A DNA stretch of 64,000 bases from Armatimonadota bacterium. Its GTDB lineage: Bacteria; Armatimonadota; Zipacnadia; Zipacnadales; JABUFB01. Within the stretch, counting starts at the first letter, position 1; every line of letters begins with the position of its first letter. The translations under genes were made by a program, and so were the position numbers. This document shows, piece after piece, positions 46,528 through 56,135 of this stretch. The DNA lies in contig JABUFB010000008.1 of NCBI GenBank assembly GCA_013314775.1, forward strand, positions 725,036 to 789,035, given 5' to 3'. Below the pieces are notes generated by a model, which searched no databases, was not told where the DNA came from, and worked only from the letters and a program-made list of their open reading frames with translations.

Positions 46528-47061
46528 CTACCGCAGCTTCGCGAGCGAGCGGATCAGGTCCAGGTCCAGCTCGCCTTTCTGCCCCCAGCCCTTCTTGCCT
46601 GACGCGATCTGTGGCCGGAAACGCTCATACAGCTCATAGCCTGCCTCCGCGAGGGCTTCTGGTTCCAGGGAGTCCGCGAGCGCACGCATGGCGTCGCGCA
46701 CCCGGTCGAGGTCCGCGCCGAATTTGTTCTGAAGATATGTGCGGACCTTCTCTGGATCAATGGCCTCGTCCTTGACCACAGCTCGCAAGCCTGCGTCTGT
46801 GTTTTTGGCAGGGACCGGCCTGCCAAGGACCTCCACCCAGAACTCCTCGCCGAGACCCTTCTTCTTTGGTTTGCCCTCTTCATCCAGGTGCCTCGGGGGG
46901 CCGAAAACGCCCAGGCTCCGGCCCTTGGACTGGGCGTTGAGGCCCGCCAGGGCTTTCCCGAGGGTGAGCGCCGCATCCTCGTCGTGCCCAAGGCGTTCGC
47001 ACACCACTGCGGCCCAGAGCGCAAGAACGGGGGCCCTGTTGATCTGCACCGTGTCAGCCAT
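46528..47061 (-). CDS. Hypothetical protein (basic/acidic, alpha-helical), first gene of the minus-strand operon.
   Basis: The ORF has good coding periodicity and lies 52 nt upstream of the fusion gene. I recognised no motif. Confidence 0.4.
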   Translation of the reverse strand: MADTVQINRAPVLALWAAVVCERLGHDEDAALTLGKALAGLNAQSKGRSLGVFGPPRHLDEEGKPKKKGLGEEFWVEVLGRPVPAKNTDAGLRAVVKDEAIDPEKVRTYLQNKFGADLDRVRDAMRALADSLEPEALAEAGYELYERFRPQIASGKKGWGQKGELDLDLIRSLAKLR

Positions 47062-47234
47062 TCACCACACCTCCATGACAACAGTTCGCCCGGGAAGAGA
47101 CCATCGCCTGCATGCCCCGCTGAAGGGATTACTGCTCGGGAGCGGAACCTGTCTCCGGCAGACAGCTGTACCGCTGCCGCCGCGCCGGATACCGAACTGG
47201 TGCGGCCCGGGCAATATCGGACTTGGGAGGACTG

Positions 47235-48182
47235 ATGCGAATGTCGCGAGTGTTTGTATTGATAACGTGCGCGCTGTGCCTGGTTGTGCCTTCTTCGGCC
47301 CAGCAGAACGCTGCCGCGCGCCGGGCGCTTCTATTGACACTCAAGCCAGGGCAACTCGCGGCTGTCGAGCGGCTTTCGGCATCACTCCATGACCCCGATC
47401 CGGTGGTAGCGCGCACGGCGGCCCGTCTTCTCGGACAGTTTGGAGATGCCGCCTTGCCATCCTTGCGCAAAGCGCTGCAAAGCAACGATCTGCTGGTTCG
47501 GCGCAATGCGGTGGCGTCCCTGGGAGCTATCGGGAAGCCCGCCGTAGCCGACCTCATGCAGGCGATGAAAGATCCGCATGTGCTGATCCGGCAGGCAGCG
47601 GTGTTTGCGCTGAGCCGGGTGCGGCCCATGTCTGATGAGGTCTCGCAGGCCATCGCCCTCGCCACATCGGACGAACAGCAACTCGTGCGCGACGCGGCGC
47701 TGGATGTCCTGCGAACGCGGTTCGTCACAGTGCGCACGATTCCCCTGCCGGAGGAGGACTGGAAATTCAGGACCGACCCGGACAACCAGGGCGAGCAGGC
47801 CGGCTGGTTCGCAGCTGACCTGGACGATGCCGGCTGGCTGGACATTGGCATCGGCAAGTCGTGGGAGGAGTTCGGGCACACCTACGATGGCGTGGCGTGG
47901 TACCGCAGGACCGTGGAACTGCCCGCCATCGATCCGCCACCGGCCCGGGCGGTGCTGGCTTTCGGTGGGGTGGATGAAGACTGCTGGGTGTGGATCAACG
48001 GGAAGTCCGCCGGAGCCCATGCCATCGGCCCGATGGGTTGGGACAAGCCCTTCCGGCTGGATGTGAGCCATGCGATCAAGTGGGGCCAGGCCAACCAGAT
48101 CGCGGTGAAGGTGAATGACTCGGCCTTCGCAGGCGGCATCTGGCGGCCGGTGGAATTGCTGGCGCTGGAGGAGGCGGATTAG
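47235..48182 (+). CDS. Secreted HEAT-repeat protein with a C-terminal galactose-binding-domain-like (GH2 N-terminal sugar-binding-like) module.
   Basis: The signal peptide is MRMSRVFVLITCALCLVVPSSAQ. HEAT-like repeats follow (DPDPVVARTAARLLGQFGD; NDLLVRRNAVASLGAIG; DPHVLIRQAAVFALS). WFAADLDDAGWLDIGIGKSWEE...VLAFGGVDEDCWVWINGK...WRPVEL is jelly-roll-like. Confidence 0.5.
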   Translation: MRMSRVFVLITCALCLVVPSSAQQNAAARRALLLTLKPGQLAAVERLSASLHDPDPVVARTAARLLGQFGDAALPSLRKALQSNDLLVRRNAVASLGAIGKPAVADLMQAMKDPHVLIRQAAVFALSRVRPMSDEVSQAIALATSDEQQLVRDAALDVLRTRFVTVRTIPLPEEDWKFRTDPDNQGEQAGWFAADLDDAGWLDIGIGKSWEEFGHTYDGVAWYRRTVELPAIDPPPARAVLAFGGVDEDCWVWINGKSAGAHAIGPMGWDKPFRLDVSHAIKWGQANQIAVKVNDSAFAGGIWRPVELLALEEAD

Positions 48183-48185
48183 CCG

Positions 48186-49790
48186 TCACGGCGCGTTCTC
48201 AGGCCGCTTGCCAATGGCTTCTGCCTCGGTTGCTGTCTTCACTTCAACCGGCCGAGCCCGCGCGCCTACCTTCACGGACAACGGGTCAAGCACCACCAGA
48301 TCATCCACAGTGAGACCCTCGAGTATCGCCGTGCCCTCATCCGTGCGCGGGCCGGGAAGCACCGGGCGCCGCCGGATGTGTCCGCCTTCAACAAGAAGCA
48401 CGTATGCCTCCTGCCCCACGCGCACGAGGCACGCTTCAGCTACCGCCGGGAGCTGCCGGTCCGCATCCACGATGATGTCGGCAAGAGCGGGCTTTCTGCC
48501 TTCCACTGCGTCGGCGCTCGCGTTCAGTTGCAGTGTAACGGTGACCACTTCCCGCTCGTCACCGGGCTCAGGCACTTCACTCACCGTGGCTTCGAAGCTC
48601 TCGTCTGGCGAACCGCGCAGCGCGACGCGTGCGGTCTGGCCGAGACGGATGCGCGCTGCATCCCTCGCCGGGACCTGCACGCGGGCGACGGGTGGTCTGG
48701 CTTCCGCGATCGTGAGCACCACTGATTCGGCGCTCACGAAGTCGCCCTCTTGCCGCAGGACCTCGGTGATAATGCCGTCGAAGGGCGACTTGACGTCAGT
48801 TGTCCGGAGGGACGCGTCGATCTGGTCGCGCAGGTTCTCGGCACGTTCCAGGCGCTCCAGGGCAGCCTTCAGGCGCTCGTCCAGGGCCTGCCGACGCTTC
48901 TCCAATATGTTCGGGGCAGGCTCAGGCCCATCTGTAGACTGCTGCTCGCGCAGGGCGGCGACATAGCGCGCTTCGGCATCCTCCAGCGCGCGCCGGGCCT
49001 TCTCGAGCTCCTCGCCCAGCTCCCTCCTCGCGCGGGACCGCAGGGCATCTGAGCGCTCCTGCGCCGCGGCCAGGCCCCGCTTCGCGGCTTCGAGCTTCCG
49101 CGTGGCACGGTCCAGATCAAGCTGAGCCTGGGCCAGGACTTCAGGTTCCTTCTTCCCCTCGGTCATCAACTGCCGGGCGTGGTCGCGCAGCTTCGTCATT
49201 CGGTCCACGTGGGCCTGCTCGATCTCCAGGCGACTGCGGGCGCTCTCAAGCTCCTTCGTCGCGTCCTTCATCTCGCGCATGGCATCCCGGGAATCCGACG
49301 CTTCCTTGGCGAGACGGGCGAACTCCTCGCGGAGGCGCCGCACCTCATTCCGGGCCTGTGCAAGTGTGTCGGTGGCTGCCAATTCCGGCGTGCTGTCGGG
49401 TTCACGCTCGATGGCTCGTCGCACCGCGTCCAGTTCAGCGCGGGCATCCTTGACCACGGCTTCAGCACGCTCCAGGTCTCGAGCGCCGCTCTGGGAACCA
49501 AGCCGCGCGATGACCTGGTTCGCGGACACTTCGCTGCCCGGTGTGACCAGCATCTGCACAATGATGCCTGGGTCGTGCAAGGTCAGCTCAACCTGCTTCG
49601 GGCCCAAGACGACGCCGTCCACAGAGAGGATTTCCGGCGCCAGGGTCATGCGCGGGCGAATGACCTCCACCGGTGCGGGACGCGCCACTGACCAGAGCGC
49701 GGCGCCTGCGGCGAGGATGCCGATAATCGCCCCGACGAGCAGCCAACGCCGGGTACGCGTGTCGTATGACGGCGGGGTCTCGGGCGTCAT
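48186..49790 (-). CDS. HlyD-family membrane fusion protein (periplasmic adaptor) with a roughly 250-aa coiled-coil hairpin.
   Basis: An N-terminal TM (WLLVGAIIGILAAGAALW) is followed by biotinyl-lipoyl-like (VTPGSEVSANQVIARL) and beta-barrel (VKSPFDGIITEV...VQVPARDAARIRLGQTARV) segments flanking a long heptad region. The start is set at MTPETPP (49790). Confidence 0.7.
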   Translation of the reverse strand: MTPETPPSYDTRTRRWLLVGAIIGILAAGAALWSVARPAPVEVIRPRMTLAPEILSVDGVVLGPKQVELTLHDPGIIVQMLVTPGSEVSANQVIARLGSQSGARDLERAEAVVKDARAELDAVRRAIEREPDSTPELAATDTLAQARNEVRRLREEFARLAKEASDSRDAMREMKDATKELESARSRLEIEQAHVDRMTKLRDHARQLMTEGKKEPEVLAQAQLDLDRATRKLEAAKRGLAAAQERSDALRSRARRELGEELEKARRALEDAEARYVAALREQQSTDGPEPAPNILEKRRQALDERLKAALERLERAENLRDQIDASLRTTDVKSPFDGIITEVLRQEGDFVSAESVVLTIAEARPPVARVQVPARDAARIRLGQTARVALRGSPDESFEATVSEVPEPGDEREVVTVTLQLNASADAVEGRKPALADIIVDADRQLPAVAEACLVRVGQEAYVLLVEGGHIRRRPVLPGPRTDEGTAILEGLTVDDLVVLDPLSVKVGARARPVEVKTATEAEAIGKRPENAP

Positions 49791-50008
49791 GGGGACTCTC
49801 GCGCGGGATGAGTGAGCGCCTGCGGACCTGTGCAGATAGTACTCCACGCGGGGAGAGACGGCAACGGAGAAGCGAAGCAGGCTGGAAACGCGCAGTACAG
49901 GGTTTGTGGGAGTGTTCTGACCCGCTGCCAAGTCTCCCCTCCGCTCAGGCGTAGTTTTGCGGCACGTTGGCTGCTTATCTTGCGGACGTTACAAGCACCA
50001 CCCGTCCG

Positions 50009-51190
50009 TCAGAACCTCGGGTTCGGCCCGACCACTTCCGGGCGTTCCTCGGCCAATTCCTTCGCCATCGCCTTCAGGCGCGCATCCGCGTGCTCGAAGA
50101 GCATCCTGTATGATTCGCAGAAGTAGCTCGGGCCGTTGATAGTGCCGAGGCCGGTGAGCCGGTGTCGCTGACAGCCACCGTGGCACTGGCCGAACCAGGG
50201 GCAGTCCTCGCACCCGCACCCTGTCCGGGCCTTGTCGAACCGAAACTGCATGAACTTCTCGGAGAGCGCGATCTCTCGCAGCGGTGTCTCCATTACATTA
50301 CCCAGACGGTATTCCGGCTCCACGAAAAAGTCGCAGGGATAGACGTCGCCGTTGTGCTCGATGAGCAGATAGTCCGCGCACGTCCGGCGCATGTCGCACG
50401 ATGGGCACTCGTGGCCGAGATAGACCATAAGCAGGTCGTCCATCATGCGCACGTAAGTTCGCGGTGCTGATTCCGCTTGCCAGCGGTCGAAAATGGTGCA
50501 CAGGAACTCGCCAAACTGTCGTGGGGTGCAGTTGTACGGACAAAGCTTCCCCGTCTCCGGATCGCGCTCGATGCACGGGATGAACTGCAGATAGCGGAAG
50601 TTGTGCTGCATATAGAAGTCGTAGATCTCGTCGGCCTTGTCGCCCGAGTATGCGGTGACCATGCACAGGATGTTGAACTCTGCGCCATTTCGGTCGAGTA
50701 TTTCGGTGCTGCGCATGACCCGGTCCCATGTAGATTCGCCGGTGGGCGTGCGGCGGTAATGGTCGTGGATGTGCTTCGGGCCGTCGAGACTCACACCGAT
50801 GAGGAAGCTATACCTTCGGAAGAACCGGGCCCACTCATCATTGATGAGCATGCCGTTGGTCTGCAGGCCGTTGGCGATGTTTTGGCCAGGCCGCGCTTTC
50901 TGAAGCTGGACAGCCACCACGCTGCGAAAGAAATCCACACCGAGAAGTGTGGGTTCACCACCTTGCCAACCGAAAGAGGGATTGTCGCCAGACATCTCCA
51001 TGTACTCACCTATGAGCCGGTGCATGACCTCGCGCGACAGCCTGTGGCCGCCGCCGGGATAAATCGCGTGTTTCGGCAAGTAGAAACAGTACTCGCAGCG
51101 CAGATTGCAGTCAGGTCCGGCGGGCTTGATGAGCAAGCTGAGACTGCGCAGGTAGGCTTCGGGGTCGGTGATGCGGATGTCTGTGTCCAT
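50009..51190 (-). CDS. Radical SAM / SPASM-domain maturase (anaerobic sulfatase-maturating enzyme family).
   Basis: It has CNLRCEYC (CxxxCxxC), then GGEPTL, and a C-terminal SPASM cysteine array (CPSCDMRRTC...CGCEDCPWFGQCHGGC). The start is set at MDTDIRI (51190). Confidence 0.8.
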   Translation of the reverse strand: MDTDIRITDPEAYLRSLSLLIKPAGPDCNLRCEYCFYLPKHAIYPGGGHRLSREVMHRLIGEYMEMSGDNPSFGWQGGEPTLLGVDFFRSVVAVQLQKARPGQNIANGLQTNGMLINDEWARFFRRYSFLIGVSLDGPKHIHDHYRRTPTGESTWDRVMRSTEILDRNGAEFNILCMVTAYSGDKADEIYDFYMQHNFRYLQFIPCIERDPETGKLCPYNCTPRQFGEFLCTIFDRWQAESAPRTYVRMMDDLLMVYLGHECPSCDMRRTCADYLLIEHNGDVYPCDFFVEPEYRLGNVMETPLREIALSEKFMQFRFDKARTGCGCEDCPWFGQCHGGCQRHRLTGLGTINGPSYFCESYRMLFEHADARLKAMAKELAEERPEVVGPNPRF

Positions 51191-51875
51191 GAGCGCGGGT
51201 ATGCCTCGTGGGGTCCCGAAATGGGGGTGACCGCTTCCGGGCCGGTGGTTATAATATGGGCCATAATACCCACACCGGCCCCCGCGAAGCAACCGGGGGA
51301 GGGTGGTCATGTGGCAGGGGCCCCATCCGCCCATCATGGGTCACGCCGGGAGAAGCGAAACACACGGAGGGCGCTGCACTGTCGGCGTCTATGCCCTGTC
51401 GCCGCCGTGAAACCCCGGTGGGGCCGTCCGTATGCAGCCAGGGGCGGGCGCCCCTGGAATCAGGTGTACGCGACCGCAGAGACGCGAAGCCCCAGCGGGC
51501 AGACAGGAACCGCTGCTCATCTGCCGCCCCCGTTGGGGGCTGACGTCGGACTGCAACCGAGGACGGAGCGCGCGTCATCAATACGGTTGTGTTCGCGGGA
51601 GCGCTTTGCCCCGCATGAGTTGGACACACGTGTGCTCATCGTTCACCTGGAGTTCGAGGGACTCGGTGACTGACTCGGCTGACACTTGAGCCGCCCACCC
51701 CGCCCCGGAGATAACATGGCGCGAATTGGCAAGAACAGGTATGTCTATCCACAGGCACTGATCCCATCCCGGGGTCAGTGCCTGCTTCCGTATGCCTGAT
51801 CGGGGCCGTGCACGGGCCCACTTCGCGACCACACCGGCGGCTTTCCCCGCCTCAAACTCACAGGAGCAATACGTG

Positions 51876-53078
51876 ATGACCCCCGAAGCCCAACTCGAGA
51901 TCCTGGCCCGCAATTGCGTGGATTTCCACACACGCGAGGAACTGCTGGACAAGCTGAAGGAAGGCCGCCCGCTGCGCATCAAGTACGGCGCCGATCCCAG
52001 CGCGCCCGACCTGCACCTGGGTCACAGCGTGCCCTTGTGGAAACTGCGCGAATTCCAGGAGCTCGGCCACCAGATCGTGTTCATCATCGGCGACTTTACC
52101 GGGATGATCGGCGACCCCAGCGGCAAGTCCAAGACTCGCCCCATGCTCACGCGCGAACAGGTCGAGGCCAATGCGAAGACTTACGCCGAGCAGGTGGGGA
52201 AGATCCTGGATGTGAGCAAGTGCGAGATTCGCTACAACAGCGAGTGGTTCAGCAAGATGACGACGGCGGAGTTCCTGGCGGTGGCTTCGAACTACACCAT
52301 CGCGCGCATGCTGGAACGCGACGACTTCTCCCTGCGGATGCGGGACGAAGTGCCCATATCCATGCTGGAACTCATGTACCCGCTGGTGCAGGCATACGAT
52401 TCGGTGGCAGTGCAAGCGGACCTGGAAATGGGGGGAACGGACCAGCTTTTCAACTTCCTTGTGGGTCGGGACATTATGCGCGCTTACGGCCTGCCGCCTC
52501 AAGTGGTCATGACCTGGCCGCTTCTCGTGGGCACCGACGGCAAGGACAAGATGAGCAAGTCACTGGGAAACTATATCGGGATCGCCGAAAGCCCGGACGA
52601 AATGTTCGGCAAGGTCATGTCGATCCCGGACAGCGCCCTTGCCCAGTACTTCCGGCTGATCCTCAACCGCAGCAATGCGGAAATCGCGGAGATGGAAAGA
52701 GCCATCGAGGCCGGCGCGAACCCCCGGGATTTCAAGGCCGAGCTGGGTCGGCAGATCGTAGCGATCTACTACGACGCCGCTACCGGTCAGGCCGCTAGTG
52801 ACGAATTCGACCGCGTCCATGCCGAGCGCCAGCTGCCCACCGATATGCCCGAGCTGGACGTGTCGGGCGAGCTTGAGAATGGGGCGCTGTGGATCGTGAA
52901 ACTCCTGGTCATTGCCGGCTTTGCCCAGACCAACGGAGAAGCGCGGCGGCTCGTGCAGCAGGGCGGAGTCAAGATCAACGGCGAGGTCATCAACGACGAG
53001 ATGGCCCAGGTGTCACCGAAAACAGGCGACGTCCTGCAGGTAGGCAAGCGCCGGTTCGCCCGGATCCTGGTCGGTTAG
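51876..53078 (+). CDS. tyrS: Tyrosine--tRNA ligase.
   Basis: It has the HIGH motif (DLHLGHSV), KMSKS (KMSKSLGN) and a C-terminal S4 domain. An RBS (CAGGAG) precedes the ATG at 51876. Confidence 0.9.
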   Translation: MTPEAQLEILARNCVDFHTREELLDKLKEGRPLRIKYGADPSAPDLHLGHSVPLWKLREFQELGHQIVFIIGDFTGMIGDPSGKSKTRPMLTREQVEANAKTYAEQVGKILDVSKCEIRYNSEWFSKMTTAEFLAVASNYTIARMLERDDFSLRMRDEVPISMLELMYPLVQAYDSVAVQADLEMGGTDQLFNFLVGRDIMRAYGLPPQVVMTWPLLVGTDGKDKMSKSLGNYIGIAESPDEMFGKVMSIPDSALAQYFRLILNRSNAEIAEMERAIEAGANPRDFKAELGRQIVAIYYDAATGQAASDEFDRVHAERQLPTDMPELDVSGELENGALWIVKLLVIAGFAQTNGEARRLVQQGGVKINGEVINDEMAQVSPKTGDVLQVGKRRFARILVG

Positions 53079-53149
53079 GAGGGGATTGCGGTGCGAGCGT
53101 CGAAGGTACATTCCAGGCGCAAACAGCAGATGGTGGGAGGCGATCGGGT

Positions 53150-53446
53150 ATGTCCTCTGAGCGGGGCGGAAGCGATCTTGCGACAATTATCATAGCGGGT
53201 GCGATCGGGGCGACGGTTGGTGCGGTAGTAGCCCTGTTGCTGGCGCCGAAGTCCGGGTCCGAACTGCGGGCGGACATCGGCGACAAGGCAAGAGAATACG
53301 CCGAAAAAGCAAAGGAAACGGCTCACGAGGTCGCCGAGAAGGCCCGTGAGGCAGCGCATGAGGTCGCTGAGAGGGCCAGAGAGAAGGTCGCGGAGGTCCG
53401 GGATCAGGCTTGCCCGGAATGCGACCATGAGGAAGCGCGCGGCTAA
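53150..53446 (+). CDS. YtxH-like (DUF948) small stress protein with an N-terminal hydrophobic helix.
   Basis: IIIAGAIGATVGAVVALLLAPKSGSELR is followed by repeated KA(K/R)E.AHEVAE(K/R)ARE helices. An RBS (GGGAGG) precedes the ATG. Confidence 0.55.
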   Translation: MSSERGGSDLATIIIAGAIGATVGAVVALLLAPKSGSELRADIGDKAREYAEKAKETAHEVAEKAREAAHEVAERAREKVAEVRDQACPECDHEEARG

Positions 53447-53554
53447 CAGTCGGCTGCAAACAAGGCTCCCGGTGGAGAGGCGCTGACCTGGCGGAACAAA
53501 GCGAACAGGTGGGGCTAAGGTGAGCGCCTGTGCCCCACCTTTTCCGACCTGACC

Positions 53555-54811
53555 TCACTCCTTCAACGCATACAATTCCATCGCGTTCTGTCGCATCATC
53601 TTGTCGCATAAGTCCAGCGCGCAGTCTTCGCTGAGGAAGTCGCGCTCCACCTTGGTCGCCAGCACGTCCGCAATGCAGGCCCGCGCCATGGCAAGATGCG
53701 AGTACAGCATCTCCGGCCAGGGAACGTCCGAGCCGAACCCCAGGATGCGGTATCCCGGAACGAGGTCCAGCCACTCGTTGAGGCTCTGGCGCGTTCCCTC
53801 CATGGTCACCACGTATATCCACGCCATATTCAACCAGACATTGGGGAAGTGCTTAGCGAGCATGCCAATCTCGCGGCTGTAGGGGTATCCGGCGTGGTAC
53901 AAGCTGAACCGGGTGCCCGGGTTTGCGCGCAAGAGCGGTATCAAGTGCAACGGATCAGACTCGGGAACAAGCCCCCACGTGCTTTGCACACCGGTGTGGA
54001 TGTCGAAGACGAGGTTCATCTCCCCCGCTGTCCTCGCCAGGTAGAAGATGATGTAATCCTGAAGCTGCTTGATCTCGGACGCTGTCAAGGTCTGCCCCAC
54101 CAGGCTTCGCGAGAACAGCGCGGTGGCGGTGCGCTCGTCAACCGGTTCGGACAGGAGCGTACGCGAGTACGCGTGGGCCAGCTTGATCCCCCGGGCGCCG
54201 CGAGCCTGATACTCGGCCATGAGTTGCGCCAGGCCTTCCCTGATGTCAGCAAGCGAACCGAAGTCTCGGTCGAGATGGCTTGCCAGCCGCGCCCGTGTAT
54301 CTGCATGGTGGAGGTTCAGCGCCGACTCCATGCGCAGGATGGCAGTGAAGTATGTCGGATCCCAGTTGCCGAACCAGTCGACGTTGAGCATCTGGGTTTG
54401 CAGATTGCACAGGCCGGTGACCTGCGCGTACCAGCCCGGATCGGAGGTGGTTGCGATGATGCGCTCGTTCACCGCCTCCCAGTTGTCGTCGGTCAGCTCA
54501 GCATCCTGCAAACCGAACAGAGCCTGGTAGGTGACGAGATTGTGCCGCCAGTAGGAGATGTTCCGGCAGCGATCTACCACTCCGCGCAGTACCTGCCAGC
54601 GCTCGGCATGGGTGTCGCAGCCCTCATAAGCCTGCCCCGTGGACTTGCCCAGTGTCGCCTCGAAATCACGCACGAAGTAGCTCATGAGGCTGAACAGGTT
54701 CAGGGGAGCCACATTGGCGTAATCCTCGGGCTGCTGGGTGTGTGAATGGCAGTCTACGGTGCGGATCGACTCTAGACGGGCGAGTATCCGATCGCGGAGC
54801 TTGTCGCTCAT
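53555..54811 (-). CDS. Amidohydrolase-2-type TIM-barrel metal-dependent hydrolase.
   Basis: DCHSHT is near the N-terminus, with downstream His/Asp (FDIHTG, YHAGYP, GSDVP) characteristic of the amidohydro_2 fold. Confidence 0.6.
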   Translation of the reverse strand: MSDKLRDRILARLESIRTVDCHSHTQQPEDYANVAPLNLFSLMSYFVRDFEATLGKSTGQAYEGCDTHAERWQVLRGVVDRCRNISYWRHNLVTYQALFGLQDAELTDDNWEAVNERIIATTSDPGWYAQVTGLCNLQTQMLNVDWFGNWDPTYFTAILRMESALNLHHADTRARLASHLDRDFGSLADIREGLAQLMAEYQARGARGIKLAHAYSRTLLSEPVDERTATALFSRSLVGQTLTASEIKQLQDYIIFYLARTAGEMNLVFDIHTGVQSTWGLVPESDPLHLIPLLRANPGTRFSLYHAGYPYSREIGMLAKHFPNVWLNMAWIYVVTMEGTRQSLNEWLDLVPGYRILGFGSDVPWPEMLYSHLAMARACIADVLATKVERDFLSEDCALDLCDKMMRQNAMELYALKE

Positions 54812-54996
54812 GGCAGGTCCTCCTGCGTGAGATCATTCGCCGTGGCTGGTAAAGTATTCGACGCGCCGCGGGCGAGGCACCTTCACTTGCACTGCCAAAA
54901 CACCGGCTTGACGGACGCAGGGGAAATAGCCCCGAGCGCGGAATCCCAGACATGGTTAGTGCAGGCCCAGTCTCGAAGCGTGCGGGAGTGCAAACC

Positions 54997-56082
54997 ATGT
55001 CCGGCAAGGACACGTTCCATAGCAGAATTGGCCGCCGGCCTCGGCAGAAGTTGGGCAATCCTCCGGGCACCCTGGTGCATGTGGGTGAGAAGAAAGCGGA
55101 CCGCGTTCGCGTCAGCCTGATCGCATACGGGCCGGACGGGCTGGCGGTGGAACGCGAGGCAACGCTGTCCGACTGCCTTGAGGCGCGGGCGACCAGCGCC
55201 GTAGTGTGGGTGAACGTCCACGGCCTGCATGATGTGGAAGCCGTGCAGGCTGTGGGTGAAGCATTCGGCGTTCACCCCCTGGGTCTGGAGGACGTAGTCA
55301 ACACCCACCACCGCCCGAAAGTCGAGGATTTCGGCGACCAGATACTCCTCGTGGCGAAGCTCTTGTCCTGGGACGCCGCGGCCCAGCGTCCGATGACAGA
55401 GCAGATCAGCATCGTCCTGGGGCCCGGGTTCCTTCTGACCTTCCAGGAGAGACCAACGGGGCTCCTTGAACCGGTACGCCGGCGTATTCGAGAAGGTAGG
55501 AGCAGGATTATCTCCAGTGGTGCGGACTACCTGGCATACGCCGTGCTGGACATGGTGGTGGACCAGTATTTCCTGGTGCTCGAGGCCATCGGCGACCGCA
55601 TCGAGGAGATCGAGCAGGCGCTGTCGGGCGACGGTGGGTCCGGTGGCATACGCGATCTGCACGGACTTCGCCGGGAGCTGCTGGCGATGCGCCGCGCCAT
55701 CTGGCCGCTGCGGGACGTGGTAAGCATCCTGCGCCGCGGCGACTGCCCGCTCTTCCAAGCCGAGACCGAGGTCTTCCTGCGCGACGTCTACGACCATGTT
55801 GTCGAGGCCATCGAGACCCTGGAGGCCTTCCGCGACGTGCTCAGCAGCCTGCTCGATACCCACCTGTCGGTGGTGAGCAACCGGATGAATGAGGTGATGA
55901 AGGTGCTCACCCTCATCGCCACCTTGTTCATGCCGATTACTTTCATCGCGGGCGTTTATGGTATGAACTTCGAGTACATGCCGGGCACAAGGTGGGTCGG
56001 GGGATTTGCGGCCTGCGTCGCGGCAATGGCGGTGACGGCTCTGCTCATGCTCTGGTACTTCAAGCGACGGCGCTGGCTTTGA
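54997..56082 (+). CDS. corA: Magnesium/cobalt transporter CorA.
   Basis: It has a C-terminal two-TM region and the YGMNF signature. Confidence 0.85.
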   Translation: MSGKDTFHSRIGRRPRQKLGNPPGTLVHVGEKKADRVRVSLIAYGPDGLAVEREATLSDCLEARATSAVVWVNVHGLHDVEAVQAVGEAFGVHPLGLEDVVNTHHRPKVEDFGDQILLVAKLLSWDAAAQRPMTEQISIVLGPGFLLTFQERPTGLLEPVRRRIREGRSRIISSGADYLAYAVLDMVVDQYFLVLEAIGDRIEEIEQALSGDGGSGGIRDLHGLRRELLAMRRAIWPLRDVVSILRRGDCPLFQAETEVFLRDVYDHVVEAIETLEAFRDVLSSLLDTHLSVVSNRMNEVMKVLTLIATLFMPITFIAGVYGMNFEYMPGTRWVGGFAACVAAMAVTALLMLWYFKRRRWL

Positions 56083-56135
56083 GTCGGGCTGCGGGGCGAA
56101 CCGCAGATTCCTGACCGTGCGGGAGGGTGCGGCCG

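Noticed and set aside
51290-51320. Possible T-box core (GAGGGUGGUCAUGUGG) upstream of tyrS.
   Set aside because: It is only a partial match to AGGGUGGNACCGCGG. It is about 560 nt from the start codon with no adjacent terminator/antiterminator pair, which is insufficient to call a T-box.
52889-53446. A 185-aa ORF-track call.
   Set aside because: The N-terminal 87 codons overlap the tyrS 3' end in another frame and are Arg-rich. Only the distal part, starting at the RBS-preceded ATG at 53150, looks real; it is the YtxH-like protein.
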